Of a stretch of 64,000 nt of DNA, positions 8,737-17,505 are shown in pieces; positions within the stretch are counted from its first letter, which is position 1; each line of letters opens with the position of its first letter. The notes under the pieces were generated by a model. The model saw only the letters and a program-made list of their open reading frames with translations, did no database searches and was not told the origin of the DNA. The position numbers and the translations under genes are program-made. The stretch comes from Halorarum halobium. Its GTDB lineage: Archaea > Halobacteriota > Halobacteria > Halobacteriales > Haloferacaceae. The stretch covers positions 2,294,001-2,358,000 of the forward strand of contig NZ_CP134949.1 in the NCBI RefSeq assembly GCF_032116555.1, written 5' to 3'.

Positions 8737-10303
8737 CACCCGTCACGGCGCCGGCCCCGGAAGCCAGCGGCTCGGCGTCGGCCGGTGCCGACCCCCGGGT
8801 CTCGAACGCGCTCAGCATGGAGCGCAGGTCCCCGGCCCGCCCGACCAGCGCGTCGGTCCGGCCGCGGACGTCGCTCATCGTCTCGGCGGTCTCGTCGGCC
8901 GTCGCGGCCAGGTCGCGGGACCGGTCGGCAACGTCGACGGCGACCTCCCGGACGTCCTCGACCGCGGCGGCGACCTCCTCGGTGGCGGCCGCGCCGTCGT
9001 CGGTCGCGTTGGAGATCTCGGCCATCGCGTCGTCCACCTCGTCGATCGTCCGGGTCAGTTCCTGGAGCGTCTCGCTCGTCTCGTTGACCGTTCCCACGCT
9101 CTCGGTGATCTGGCCGGAGGTGTCGTCCATCTCCGCGCTCACGTCCTCGAAGTGGGTCCGCGCGCGATCGACGATCTCGCCGATCTCCCCGACCGCCTCC
9201 TGGGTCTCGGTCGCGAGCTGTTTCACCTCCGCGGCGACGACCGCGAAGCCGTCGCCGGCCGCGTCGGCCCGTGCGGCCTCGATGTTGGCGTTCAGCGCGA
9301 GCATGTTGGTCTGTTCCGCGATGTCGTCGATGAGGTCGGTCGTCTCCGCGACGTCGTCCATCTGCTCGTCGAGTTCCCCGATCAGCCGGCCGAGCTCCTC
9401 GACGGTCCCCTCGATCGCGTCGATGGCCTCGATCGCCTCCGCGGCGCGCTCGGAGCCGCGTTCGCCGACCGCGGCGGCGTCGGTCGCCCGCCCGGCCACC
9501 TCGTCGGTGGTGGACGCGACCTCCTCGATCGTCGCCGAGAGCGTGTTCGCCTCCTCGACGGCGCTGCCGAGCTGGTCGGCCTGATCCACGATGTCGTCGG
9601 CGAGCGTGCGGATCTCGGACGCGAGCGACCCGTTCAGTTCCTCCACGGTTTCGGCGTCCTCGGCGACCGCCTCGCTGGCCCGCTCGACGTCGCCCGCGAA
9701 CTCGATGATCTCGTCGATCGTCGTCGAGAGCTCGCCGACCATGCCGTCGTACGCGACCCCGATGCGCTCGATCGCCTCGATGTCGTCGTCGACGTCGAGC
9801 CGGGCCGTGAGGTCGCCGTCGGCGACCGCCGACATCGCGTCGCCGATCTCGCCCGCGCTGTCCAGAAGCGCATCGTTGCGCTCCTCCGCCACCGTTTGGG
9901 CACGCTCTGCATCCTCGCGTGCGGCCTCCGACTCCTCGAACGCCTCCGAGAGCGACAGCCGCATCGTGTCGAACGACGCCGCGAGCCGTCCGAACTCGTC
10001 CGCGCGTCGGCTCTCTGGCGAGACGTCGAGGTCGCCCGCCTCGATGGCCTCCGCGGCCGTCGTGAGCTTCTTCAGTTCCACGCCGACGCTCCCGCCGAGG
10101 ACGATGGCGAGCAGCCCGATGTGGAGCGAGACGACGAACAGCGTGCCCGCGATCGCAGAGAGTCCGGAGCCCCCGGCGGTCGTCGCGTACCACGCGAACA
10201 GCCCGCCGAACGCGAGCGTCCCCGCGAGCGTGACGAGCAGCGCCGTCGCGATGCGCCTGCTGTACTTCCTGGTGAACCACCGACCGCGTTCGGTGACTGA
10301 CAT
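8723..10303 (-). CDS. Methyl-accepting chemotaxis transducer (Htr-type: 2 TM, HAMP domains, MCP signalling domain)
   Basis: DEFGRLAASFDTMR HAMP; IAEQTNMLALNANIEAARA...GFAVVAAEVKQLA MCP hairpin. Confidence 0.95.
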   Translation of the reverse strand: MSVTERGRWFTRKYSRRIATALLVTLAGTLAFGGLFAWYATTAGGSGLSAIAGTLFVVSLHIGLLAIVLGGSVGVELKKLTTAAEAIEAGDLDVSPESRRADEFGRLAASFDTMRLSLSEAFEESEAAREDAERAQTVAEERNDALLDSAGEIGDAMSAVADGDLTARLDVDDDIEAIERIGVAYDGMVGELSTTIDEIIEFAGDVERASEAVAEDAETVEELNGSLASEIRTLADDIVDQADQLGSAVEEANTLSATIEEVASTTDEVAGRATDAAAVGERGSERAAEAIEAIDAIEGTVEELGRLIGELDEQMDDVAETTDLIDDIAEQTNMLALNANIEAARADAAGDGFAVVAAEVKQLATETQEAVGEIGEIVDRARTHFEDVSAEMDDTSGQITESVGTVNETSETLQELTRTIDEVDDAMAEISNATDDGAAATEEVAAAVEDVREVAVDVADRSRDLAATADETAETMSDVRGRTDALVGRAGDLRSMLSAFETRGSAPADAEPLASGAGAVTGDDDD

Positions 10304-10580
10304 CTACCCGACGCTCCCGACTTCGCCCGCAAATACGTTCGCCCCAAATTATCAGTTCGAACAACTTACCCCCGTGTCATTGGCTATCGAGGCCCGAGAC
10401 CACCGCATTTACCGTCTGAATAACGATATTATTTCGTATACTATCGCGGTTTTCTCACCCGAGTCAGGGTCGAATACTTCCGCGAAATCACGGCTCGCTC
10501 GGGGACGGTCGTCCCTGGAGTGCGGTCAGTGCGTCGAGGGTGTAAGGTTCGAGCGTCGAGTGAGTGTGAGAACCGGTGAG

Positions 10581-10597
10581 CGGATGGGCCCTGAGGG
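10581..10597. repeat. att direct repeat, tRNA-distal copy
   Basis: CGGATGGGCCCTGAGGG, identical to 18309-18325. Confidence 0.9.
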
Positions 10598-10667
10598 GAC
10601 GGAAATCCGGGGGTACTGCCCGATTTCACAGGCCGACCGTTTGCCAAGTGATGTGCTGGGGAACTCG

Positions 10668-11705
10668 TCATAGGTCAGGGAGGTAATCGCGCCGCTGTTC
10701 TGCTTTCTCACGGGAACTCCGCCGGTCATAGTGCTCATCGAGGATTCCGCTACTCGCGTCGAGTCGGTCGGAGACGATCCGACGCGGAACGTCGTCCCGA
10801 CGGTACGCGGTCACTCGTCCGCTCCGAACGTCATGCGGCGAGCGGGCAGACGGGCACTTACTCGCGTGGTCGGTCTGGGTCGCCAAGCACTCGTCTACCT
10901 CCCTGTCGTGAGGGCAGCCGGCTCCGCGCCAGCACGGACGCGTCATCCGATACAGGGTGTCCCGAAGCGTCGAGATCGAGGGGCGACCGTACTGTGTCGT
11001 GATCAGCGGTTCGCGGGCGTACTCGTCCCGAACATTGTCCCGCGGGCCGTCGATGTAGTCCTCGAGGATACGGGAAATGTACGGACTGATCGCATTCCAG
11101 CGCTCCCCGCGCTCCTTGTTCTTGAGCGGGGTATCCGACTCCGGGCGGTGCCGGAACTGGAGTCCCGGCCGCTCGGCGTCCAGGTCGAGATCGCCCAGGT
11201 CGAGTGACCGAATCCCACCGACGCGCGCGCCGGTGTGCCACATCATCAGGAGGATAACGTGCTCCCGACTCGCGTACTTGTAGCGGTCTAAGTACTCCAG
11301 AATGTCACCGACGCGCTCGGGTTCGAGCGTCGTCTCACTCACGTTCTGTCCGTCGTTCACGATCGGAAGCGGGACGTCGGACCGGAGGTCATCGCGCACC
11401 GCGTCGATTTCCTCCGCGAACCGGAGGAACGCGCGCAGTGTCGCCAACTGGCCGCGCAGCGTTACCGGGGCGATCGGGTCGCGGTCGTCGCCGTTCCCCT
11501 CTCGCCGCCAGACGCGATATCGGTAGAGATCCCGTCCGGCGAGGTCGTTCAGGTTCTCGACGCCCTCCTCTTCGCACCACTGCCGGAACGCGTCGAGCCG
11601 GTAGCTCTGTCCCTGAATCGTCTGCTCGGTCAGCTCGTCCCGGCGGGCTTCGAGATACATCTCGATGCCCTCTTTCGGGGAAAGCGGGTCGAGCCCGTCA
11701 CTCAT
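10668..11705 (-). CDS. Tyrosine integrase, SNJ2-like family
   Basis: TGARVGG (R), LKNK (K), PHDVR (HxxR), RLDAS (small residue in place of H/W), EHYD (Y); Cys-rich insert. Confidence 0.92.
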   Translation of the reverse strand: MSDGLDPLSPKEGIEMYLEARRDELTEQTIQGQSYRLDAFRQWCEEEGVENLNDLAGRDLYRYRVWRREGNGDDRDPIAPVTLRGQLATLRAFLRFAEEIDAVRDDLRSDVPLPIVNDGQNVSETTLEPERVGDILEYLDRYKYASREHVILLMMWHTGARVGGIRSLDLGDLDLDAERPGLQFRHRPESDTPLKNKERGERWNAISPYISRILEDYIDGPRDNVRDEYAREPLITTQYGRPSISTLRDTLYRMTRPCWRGAGCPHDREVDECLATQTDHASKCPSARSPHDVRSGRVTAYRRDDVPRRIVSDRLDASSGILDEHYDRRSSREKAEQRRDYLPDL

Positions 11706-11892
11706 CGTTCGACACCTCGGTTGCGGTTCGGCCCATCATCACGTCGGGCTGATGGGACTGGGTTGGAAATATTCGAGCACCCTTGCTACGGTGAAAGTAA
11801 ATCCACTTTCGCCGCGCACGGCGGTGATCGGTCGCTCGGGCTACCGAGTCGTCGTCGGGGGTTTCATGCGCCCCCAGCAGGATTGCTGACAT
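11698..11892 (-). CDS. Small protein coupled to the integrase (possible excision accessory factor)
   Basis: 64 aa, overlaps the integrase start by 8 bp; GAGGTG SD-like motif near its end serves the integrase. Confidence 0.45.
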   Translation of the reverse strand: MSAILLGAHETPDDDSVARATDHRRARRKWIYFHRSKGARIFPTQSHQPDVMMGRTATEVSNDE

Positions 11893-12129
11893 GGCTTTCG
11901 TGCCTGGTCACGGAAGCCCACGCGGGCCCGCTGTCCCAGCAGCGGGGTCCGCTTGCGTTCTACGGTGGACCCATCGAGCAGTGACGAGTCCGCGAGATGC
12001 TTCCGCTATCTGTTTGCGTATTGTAGTGAGTTAATAAAGGTGACCCTATTTAGGCTTGAAATGTATATTTGAGGTTTCTTCTGTCACCTACCAGAGTCGT
12101 TAAGAGTGTCTCCGTGTGTTACCTTGCCA

Positions 12130-12402
12130 ATGAAGCCACGCCCACCGTGGGCAAGTAAGTACGATGAGCCAATTCTTGAATTATTAGACGATTCTGAAAC
12201 AGTTCTTCCGCCTGCTGCTGTAGAGTTTAATTTGGATTACAAGGGTATTGCATCACCTGCATACTCTACAGTCAAGCGAAGGATGAGAAAACTCGCTGAA
12301 CACGGTTTCCTAAACCGGGTTGAAGGAAAATCTGGATACTATGTCATAAGTGATTGTGGTAGAGCATATCTTTCTGGAGAACTGGATGCCGACGATTTCT
12401 GA
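12130..12402 (+). CDS. PhiH1-repressor-like winged-helix transcription factor
   Basis: W...DEPILELL...KRRMRKLAEHGFL...GYYVISDCGRAYLSGELDA pattern typical of haloviral/plasmid repressors; divergent from the integrase operon. Confidence 0.8.
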   Translation: MKPRPPWASKYDEPILELLDDSETVLPPAAVEFNLDYKGIASPAYSTVKRRMRKLAEHGFLNRVEGKSGYYVISDCGRAYLSGELDADDF

Positions 12403-12560
12403 TCTACTATATTGCGCTCGGTCCACACAAGGGAGCCACTCCCGCAATGGCTTCAATCGGCCATCCCTCAATTTGAGAGAGAAGCTGGTACACGAGCTGG
12501 ACGAGACATTTCTGATTGAGATTTAAACTACAGGAGAAAAGAAAACCGCGTCGAAACTAT

Positions 12561-13805
12561 TTATACGAGCCTTTTTAACCGTTTAAATTCGTCAGAGTTA
12601 GCAATCTCATCTAGTGATGTCTCCCAGTCATCATAAATATCTGATTCGATTTCATCAACGTATTCGTCGATTTCAGTAGATATCTGTTTGTATAGCGCTT
12701 TAGCACGCCTAATTTTGGATCTTGCTTTTTCAACTCTCTTCGGGAGGTTTTTGCCTTCATATGAGGAGGCGATATGGTCACAGGCCCAAACGTAGTGATC
12801 CCAAGAACCCTCCGCCTTACCCCATCCTGTGTTCGCTGGTGTGACTGACCCATCGAACAGATCGCTTTCATATGGAGACTTGGTGCGGATTTTTTCTTCA
12901 TCAAAACCTGGTTCTTTATATAGCTCATCGAGGAGGCTATCAGGCCTAATTGATGTGAGTAACTCGTCGGAATAGTATCTAATAACAGGCGTTCTAATCT
13001 GAGTTTCGTCTGGAACAATCCACCTTTCTGTATCGAAACTCCTCAAATTCTTGTAGTGTCCAGAGCCAACTGCATTGACCCCAATAGCGAATAGGAGATG
13101 AGCGATTTGGTGAGTGTGCGCAGCGATAACATTGTATCTATTAACCCTAAGTGTCGCCATCAATTCGAGGTAAGAGGTTACTTTTTCCACACCTTGTAAT
13201 GGCAACCTCGTGTCTCTATCTGAATATGATACTGAAACATAGAACCCATCAGTATCCAATTCTGTTGCCGAATCCATCAATTGATTTCGGATTTCAAGGT
13301 TCGTTAAACGATCGCCATTAACGGGTAGAGAAAGATAGACCGGAATATCTCTCCCCTCAGACCGTGCAATTTCTAGGAATGCCTCAGTGAAATCTTGCCA
13401 ATCATCGATTTCCTCTGCCGAAAGTTCTCCGAGATATGACGATGGAGAGAGATAGGCATTAGTGTCATAATCATCTTGCGCCTCGATAACCAATTTTAGA
13501 AATTCGTCTCTCCGTTCTGTATCAAATAATACGCCGCTAGTATAGTCCTCACCACCGTATTTCTCGTGGTATTCATATTCATTCAGATCCTTCCGATCCC
13601 CCTGACCAGGTAGGTAAAGGTGGGGATCAAACAGTGTGACTAAGTCTTCAGAATTTAAGCTATTGGCCAGCTCCTTGTTCACTTCCGGTTTATAGTCTGT
13701 CGGGCTGAGTATAGCACCGTCAAGATGGTCTCCCTCAATTGCGTCATAGACGCGGTTCTTTCCATGATGCCCAACCTGAATTAGGTAGCTTGGTTTGTCA
13801 AACAT
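12561..13805 (-). CDS. Uncharacterised 414-aa protein, predicted (beta/alpha)8 barrel (beta-protein/sce7725-like, inferred)
   Basis: Alternating strand motifs YLIQVGH, GAILSP, LFDPHLY, YLSPS, VYLSLPV, DGFYVSV, VIAAH, VNAVGSG; start overlaps the kinase stop (TAATG). Confidence 0.6.
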   Translation of the reverse strand: MFDKPSYLIQVGHHGKNRVYDAIEGDHLDGAILSPTDYKPEVNKELANSLNSEDLVTLFDPHLYLPGQGDRKDLNEYEYHEKYGGEDYTSGVLFDTERRDEFLKLVIEAQDDYDTNAYLSPSSYLGELSAEEIDDWQDFTEAFLEIARSEGRDIPVYLSLPVNGDRLTNLEIRNQLMDSATELDTDGFYVSVSYSDRDTRLPLQGVEKVTSYLELMATLRVNRYNVIAAHTHQIAHLLFAIGVNAVGSGHYKNLRSFDTERWIVPDETQIRTPVIRYYSDELLTSIRPDSLLDELYKEPGFDEEKIRTKSPYESDLFDGSVTPANTGWGKAEGSWDHYVWACDHIASSYEGKNLPKRVEKARSKIRRAKALYKQISTEIDEYVDEIESDIYDDWETSLDEIANSDEFKRLKRLV

Positions 13806-14650
13806 TAGTTAGTCACCTCCAAGCTATCAAAGAAATCCTCCGCAAACTCCGGTTTTCGGAACCGTTTACTTGGGACCGGATTAGTTAACGTATCGAAGAA
13901 ATAATCTAAGTCTTCTCCTTCATCCCCATCAATATAATCTGTTAGACTTTGTTTATCGCCGTCACAGATTGCGTCTGTTACGGACTTTCCTCTGTCCTTA
14001 AATGGATGAACTCCTGTAATTGTCTCAAACATAACGACCCCAGATGAGAATAGATCTGTCTTGATACTTTGCTTACTCTTATCGTAATCAAGCTGCTCAG
14101 GAGCACCATAGAAAGGCGTCCCAAGTCGATCAAGATGATCCGGAGTCAAACTTTCCTTTTCCTCAAACCGCATGATTCCAACGTCCAAAAGCCGAATTTC
14201 TTCATCATCGGTTACCATGATATTGGCTGGTTTGATATCTCGATGAATCATCTCTTTCTCGTCAAATTCCTTAAGTATATCCAAGAGTGTAGAAATTGTA
14301 TACAGGCCAAAATCAAGTCCGAAGTTTCCATCTCCAATGTACTGTTCCAGTGTTTGGCCATTAATATATTCTTCAAATATAATGAATGTTTGTCTTCCAT
14401 CGATTTCTTCTTCATAGTAATCGATCAGATCAACAAATGTGTTCGACTCAATTTCTTTCATGGCTTCCCCTTCTCGATGAGCGCGCCTTCTTCTACTTCT
14501 GCGATCTACCGGTAGAAGTTTTAGAACGACCTCTTCGCCCCTATCATTGACGAGGAATACATCTTTGAACCCGCCAGAATCAATATGTTCTATTAGTTCG
14601 AGACCATCGAAGTGGGATTCAACCACATCGATATCATAAAACTTTGGCAT
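13805..14650 (-). CDS. Hanks-type Ser/Thr protein kinase (catalytic domain only)
   Basis: DSGGFKDV glycine loop, VVLK, HRDIKPANI, DVG, GTPFYGAPEQ, DLFSSG. Confidence 0.95.
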   Translation of the reverse strand: MPKFYDIDVVESHFDGLELIEHIDSGGFKDVFLVNDRGEEVVLKLLPVDRRSRRRRAHREGEAMKEIESNTFVDLIDYYEEEIDGRQTFIIFEEYINGQTLEQYIGDGNFGLDFGLYTISTLLDILKEFDEKEMIHRDIKPANIMVTDDEEIRLLDVGIMRFEEKESLTPDHLDRLGTPFYGAPEQLDYDKSKQSIKTDLFSSGVVMFETITGVHPFKDRGKSVTDAICDGDKQSLTDYIDGDEGEDLDYFFDTLTNPVPSKRFRKPEFAEDFFDSLEVTN

Positions 14651-14685
14651 TTAACTGCAATCTATAACTCCAACCGTAAATACTT

Positions 14686-15363
14686 CTAGGCTGACTTCTC
14701 GATGAGAGTGCTTTCGTTCAGCTTCCAACGATATAGCTCCGAATGGGGATTACCGCGACCTGGTTTATGATGCATGTAGCAATCCCCACTCTGGTCAATT
14801 GATAACAATCCAATATTGCGGCTTTTGAATTGTTCAAGATTATCCAAAGCAGGTTCAATATGGTCGTGGTCAAGAGCTACAAATTTATATTCTGCAAACG
14901 AACGTCCTCGGGATGCTTGTTTAATTGCTTTTTGCCATTTTCTTAACTTCAATTCAACTGCGACTGTTGTAGTTATGTGCCGCCGCAGATCGCAGGCAGT
15001 TTTAATTTTTCCTTCTTCCTCTTCTTGGACAAAGCCTCGATCCTTCAACCAGTTCAAGGACTCCCGTTTATACCGCCGCTTCAAGGCACCAATTTGATAG
15101 AAGTACTCCTCGGTGACAGCGCCATCTCTCGCATGCAACTGGAGGAATGTAATTAGGACATTCTTGTCCTCGATTGGTGTCTCTAGATTGAGCCGTTTAG
15201 TTCGTCTTTCCCAATATGGCTCTGAGACATTTACGAATACTAAATCAGTTCTTCCAGTCCCATATCCAAATTCAGTAAGAACCTCATAGTCTTTCTTACG
15301 TAAGGTTGAGGGTATTAGGTCCTGTGCCACATCCTTCATATCGTCCTCTGAATCAAATCCCAT
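14686..15363 (-). CDS. PD-(D/E)XK superfamily nuclease (MmcB/sce7726-like) with internal wHTH-like insert
   Basis: FDSEDDM helix, EFGYGTGRTDLV, AVELKLRKWQKAIKQA, YKFVAL, IGLLSI; GGAGG SD upstream. Confidence 0.7.
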   Translation of the reverse strand: MGFDSEDDMKDVAQDLIPSTLRKKDYEVLTEFGYGTGRTDLVFVNVSEPYWERRTKRLNLETPIEDKNVLITFLQLHARDGAVTEEYFYQIGALKRRYKRESLNWLKDRGFVQEEEEGKIKTACDLRRHITTTVAVELKLRKWQKAIKQASRGRSFAEYKFVALDHDHIEPALDNLEQFKSRNIGLLSIDQSGDCYMHHKPGRGNPHSELYRWKLNESTLIEKSA

Positions 15364-15489
15364 CAATTATCCTCCATTTTGGTCCGAGTCGTGGGCACCT
15401 TTTGGATTTAATGAATTAATAATACTTGGCATCTGGAATGTTCCGAAGGCAAATATTTTTTGGTTGTGAAAATGTAATATTAGCCGAAA

Positions 15490-17505
15490 TTAACCCTTCA
15501 TCGACCCTCTCGCCTTGGCCAGTGAACTAACTGGATCATACGAAAGTACGCGGTCAGCCGCTTTCGGTTCCACAAGACCGTGATCGACGAGGTGACCGGC
15601 CATCATCTCCGGATCATGTATCGCAACGTTACACTTGCCACAGCGCCAGATTTCGCCTTTCTGGAGCGGCTTCGCTAACCGCGTCTCTTCGAGTACGTGC
15701 GTCTCCGGGAGGTGCAGCTGCACCATGTCGACGCCACCCTCACCGGGTGGGTGTTCCTCGCCGTCGGCGTCCACGATCGCGTCCAGGTGCCAGTCGGATT
15801 CGATCGGGGTCGCTCGTTGGAACGAGTCGACCCCATGACCAGCGTCGAGATCGTTGAGGAGATCCGCGACGAACTCGCGGTGGCGCGGGTCGATGCCGAG
15901 GTCACCGCACACGAACGCAACGGAGTGAACGGCGTCCGGATTCGCACGACGCCATCGGGTAACGAGTTTCCGAACGCGGGCTTTCTCGCGCGACTCACCG
16001 ACCGACGCAGCAGCGTCGGCATCGCGCCACAGTTCTGACAGGGACGGCTCCGTGTCCTCGGGGTCGTGCGGGTCGGGGAGCGCGTCCGCGAGTTCGTCAT
16101 CACCTACAGGTTCGTCCAGCCGGGACTGGTCGACTTGCCAGCCGGACGAGCAGCACGAGCAGACGACGTCGGGACCGTTCGCGTCGGACCACTCGATGTT
16201 CTCGCCGTGGTCGACGGACTGCGAGGCTTCAGCGGACTCAGCGCGCTGGCGACAGCGGTCGGCCGTGATGGCCTGGTTGACCACCTGCGAGCGCGACGTT
16301 CGCCGGCGCGACGCGGACCAGTAGAGCGCGCCCCACGCGAGGTATTCGACCGGCCGCTCTACCAGCCGCTCGTCGTACGAGCCGCCCATGTAGGCGGCGA
16401 GGTAGCTCCCGAGGTTCGACACGTCCATGTTCACCGAAATGCAGCCGTCCGACTCGCTCACGTAGTCGGAGACTGCCTCGTAGTCGTGCGCGGAGCGACC
16501 GGCCGGATCGCACACGTCGAGATGTTTCTCAACGATCCGCTCTAGCTCGGTGCCAATCTGCTGCCCGTCGAGGCCGGCGGCGTCGAGGTAGACGCCCACG
16601 TGCAGGTGCGTGTAACAGGCGTTCATGCCGGCGTACGCGTCCGGGTCAGCGGCAGCACCGACGCCGTGCGGTTCTGACTGGAGCCAGAACCCCCACTCGT
16701 TGGCGTCCAGTCCGAGATGGTACTCACACACGTTTCGCAGCGTGTCACGGACGCCGTCGTAACTCCAGGCGTCGTGCAGCGCGTCGAGGTGGTCCACAGG
16801 CGACAGCCGCTCACCACCGGGGACAGACGACGCTGTGAGCGTCACCATGCCCGTCGCAGGCCGTTCCCATGCAGAGACGGCGTCACCACCGGACGGACGT
16901 TCACCACCGCTCATCTGCCGCTGGAGCGCGCGAGCGCGGGCGTACTGCTTCGCGTGATACTCCGTTCCCCACGCGTCCGTCAACGGGAGTTCGAACGTCT
17001 CACCGTCGTCGTTCGCAAAGCGCGCCATCAACCCGTCGTAACGGGTGTGTGCGGTTAGGAACGCTTGCAGAGCTTCGCCCCACGTTGCAGCTTCGCGCCT
17101 GTCGAGTTCAGTCAGCGTGAACGCGGATTCGCCCTCACCGTCCGGGTCGACGTGTACGTCAGACCACTCAGCTTCCGTAACGATGCGGCGGAGTTTCCGC
17201 CCGTGCGTCTGCGACAGGGGAAGCTCGGCCAACTCCGGGTACGCCGCATAGAACTCACTCACGCGGTCGAGGACTGTCTCGGGAACGTCGTCCCCGTGAA
17301 AACGACCGGGAGAGGCCTCTACAGAGTTGGTCTCCTTGGAAGGCCAAGACTGGCCCTGGTCAGTCGGTGGCGCTTCCGGGCCGGCAGACCGGGACTCGGA
17401 GTCGTCGACTTTCGGAACGACGCGAACGTGATACGGCACCGAAGCCGACGGCTCTCCGGATTCGGCGCTGCCCGCGTCCGGTCCATCGACGGGTTCGCTA
17501 GTCAC
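15490..17505 (-). CDS. rep: Rolling-circle replication initiator Rep (HUH endonuclease, haloarchaeal plasmid/alphapleolipovirus type) with C-terminal Zn finger
   Basis: Motif 1 MVTLTAS, motif 2 YTHLHVGVY, motif 3 YLAAYM; C-terminal CGKC...H...H; start uncertain (GTG 17505 overlaps the upstream stop). Confidence 0.85.
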   Translation of the reverse strand: MTSEPVDGPDAGSAESGEPSASVPYHVRVVPKVDDSESRSAGPEAPPTDQGQSWPSKETNSVEASPGRFHGDDVPETVLDRVSEFYAAYPELAELPLSQTHGRKLRRIVTEAEWSDVHVDPDGEGESAFTLTELDRREAATWGEALQAFLTAHTRYDGLMARFANDDGETFELPLTDAWGTEYHAKQYARARALQRQMSGGERPSGGDAVSAWERPATGMVTLTASSVPGGERLSPVDHLDALHDAWSYDGVRDTLRNVCEYHLGLDANEWGFWLQSEPHGVGAAADPDAYAGMNACYTHLHVGVYLDAAGLDGQQIGTELERIVEKHLDVCDPAGRSAHDYEAVSDYVSESDGCISVNMDVSNLGSYLAAYMGGSYDERLVERPVEYLAWGALYWSASRRRTSRSQVVNQAITADRCRQRAESAEASQSVDHGENIEWSDANGPDVVCSCCSSGWQVDQSRLDEPVGDDELADALPDPHDPEDTEPSLSELWRDADAAASVGESREKARVRKLVTRWRRANPDAVHSVAFVCGDLGIDPRHREFVADLLNDLDAGHGVDSFQRATPIESDWHLDAIVDADGEEHPPGEGGVDMVQLHLPETHVLEETRLAKPLQKGEIWRCGKCNVAIHDPEMMAGHLVDHGLVEPKAADRVLSYDPVSSLAKARGSMKG

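Noticed and set aside
14686..15363. Classical restriction-modification system
   Set aside because: No DNA methyltransferase motifs (FxGxG, DPPY/NPPY, PC) anywhere in the element
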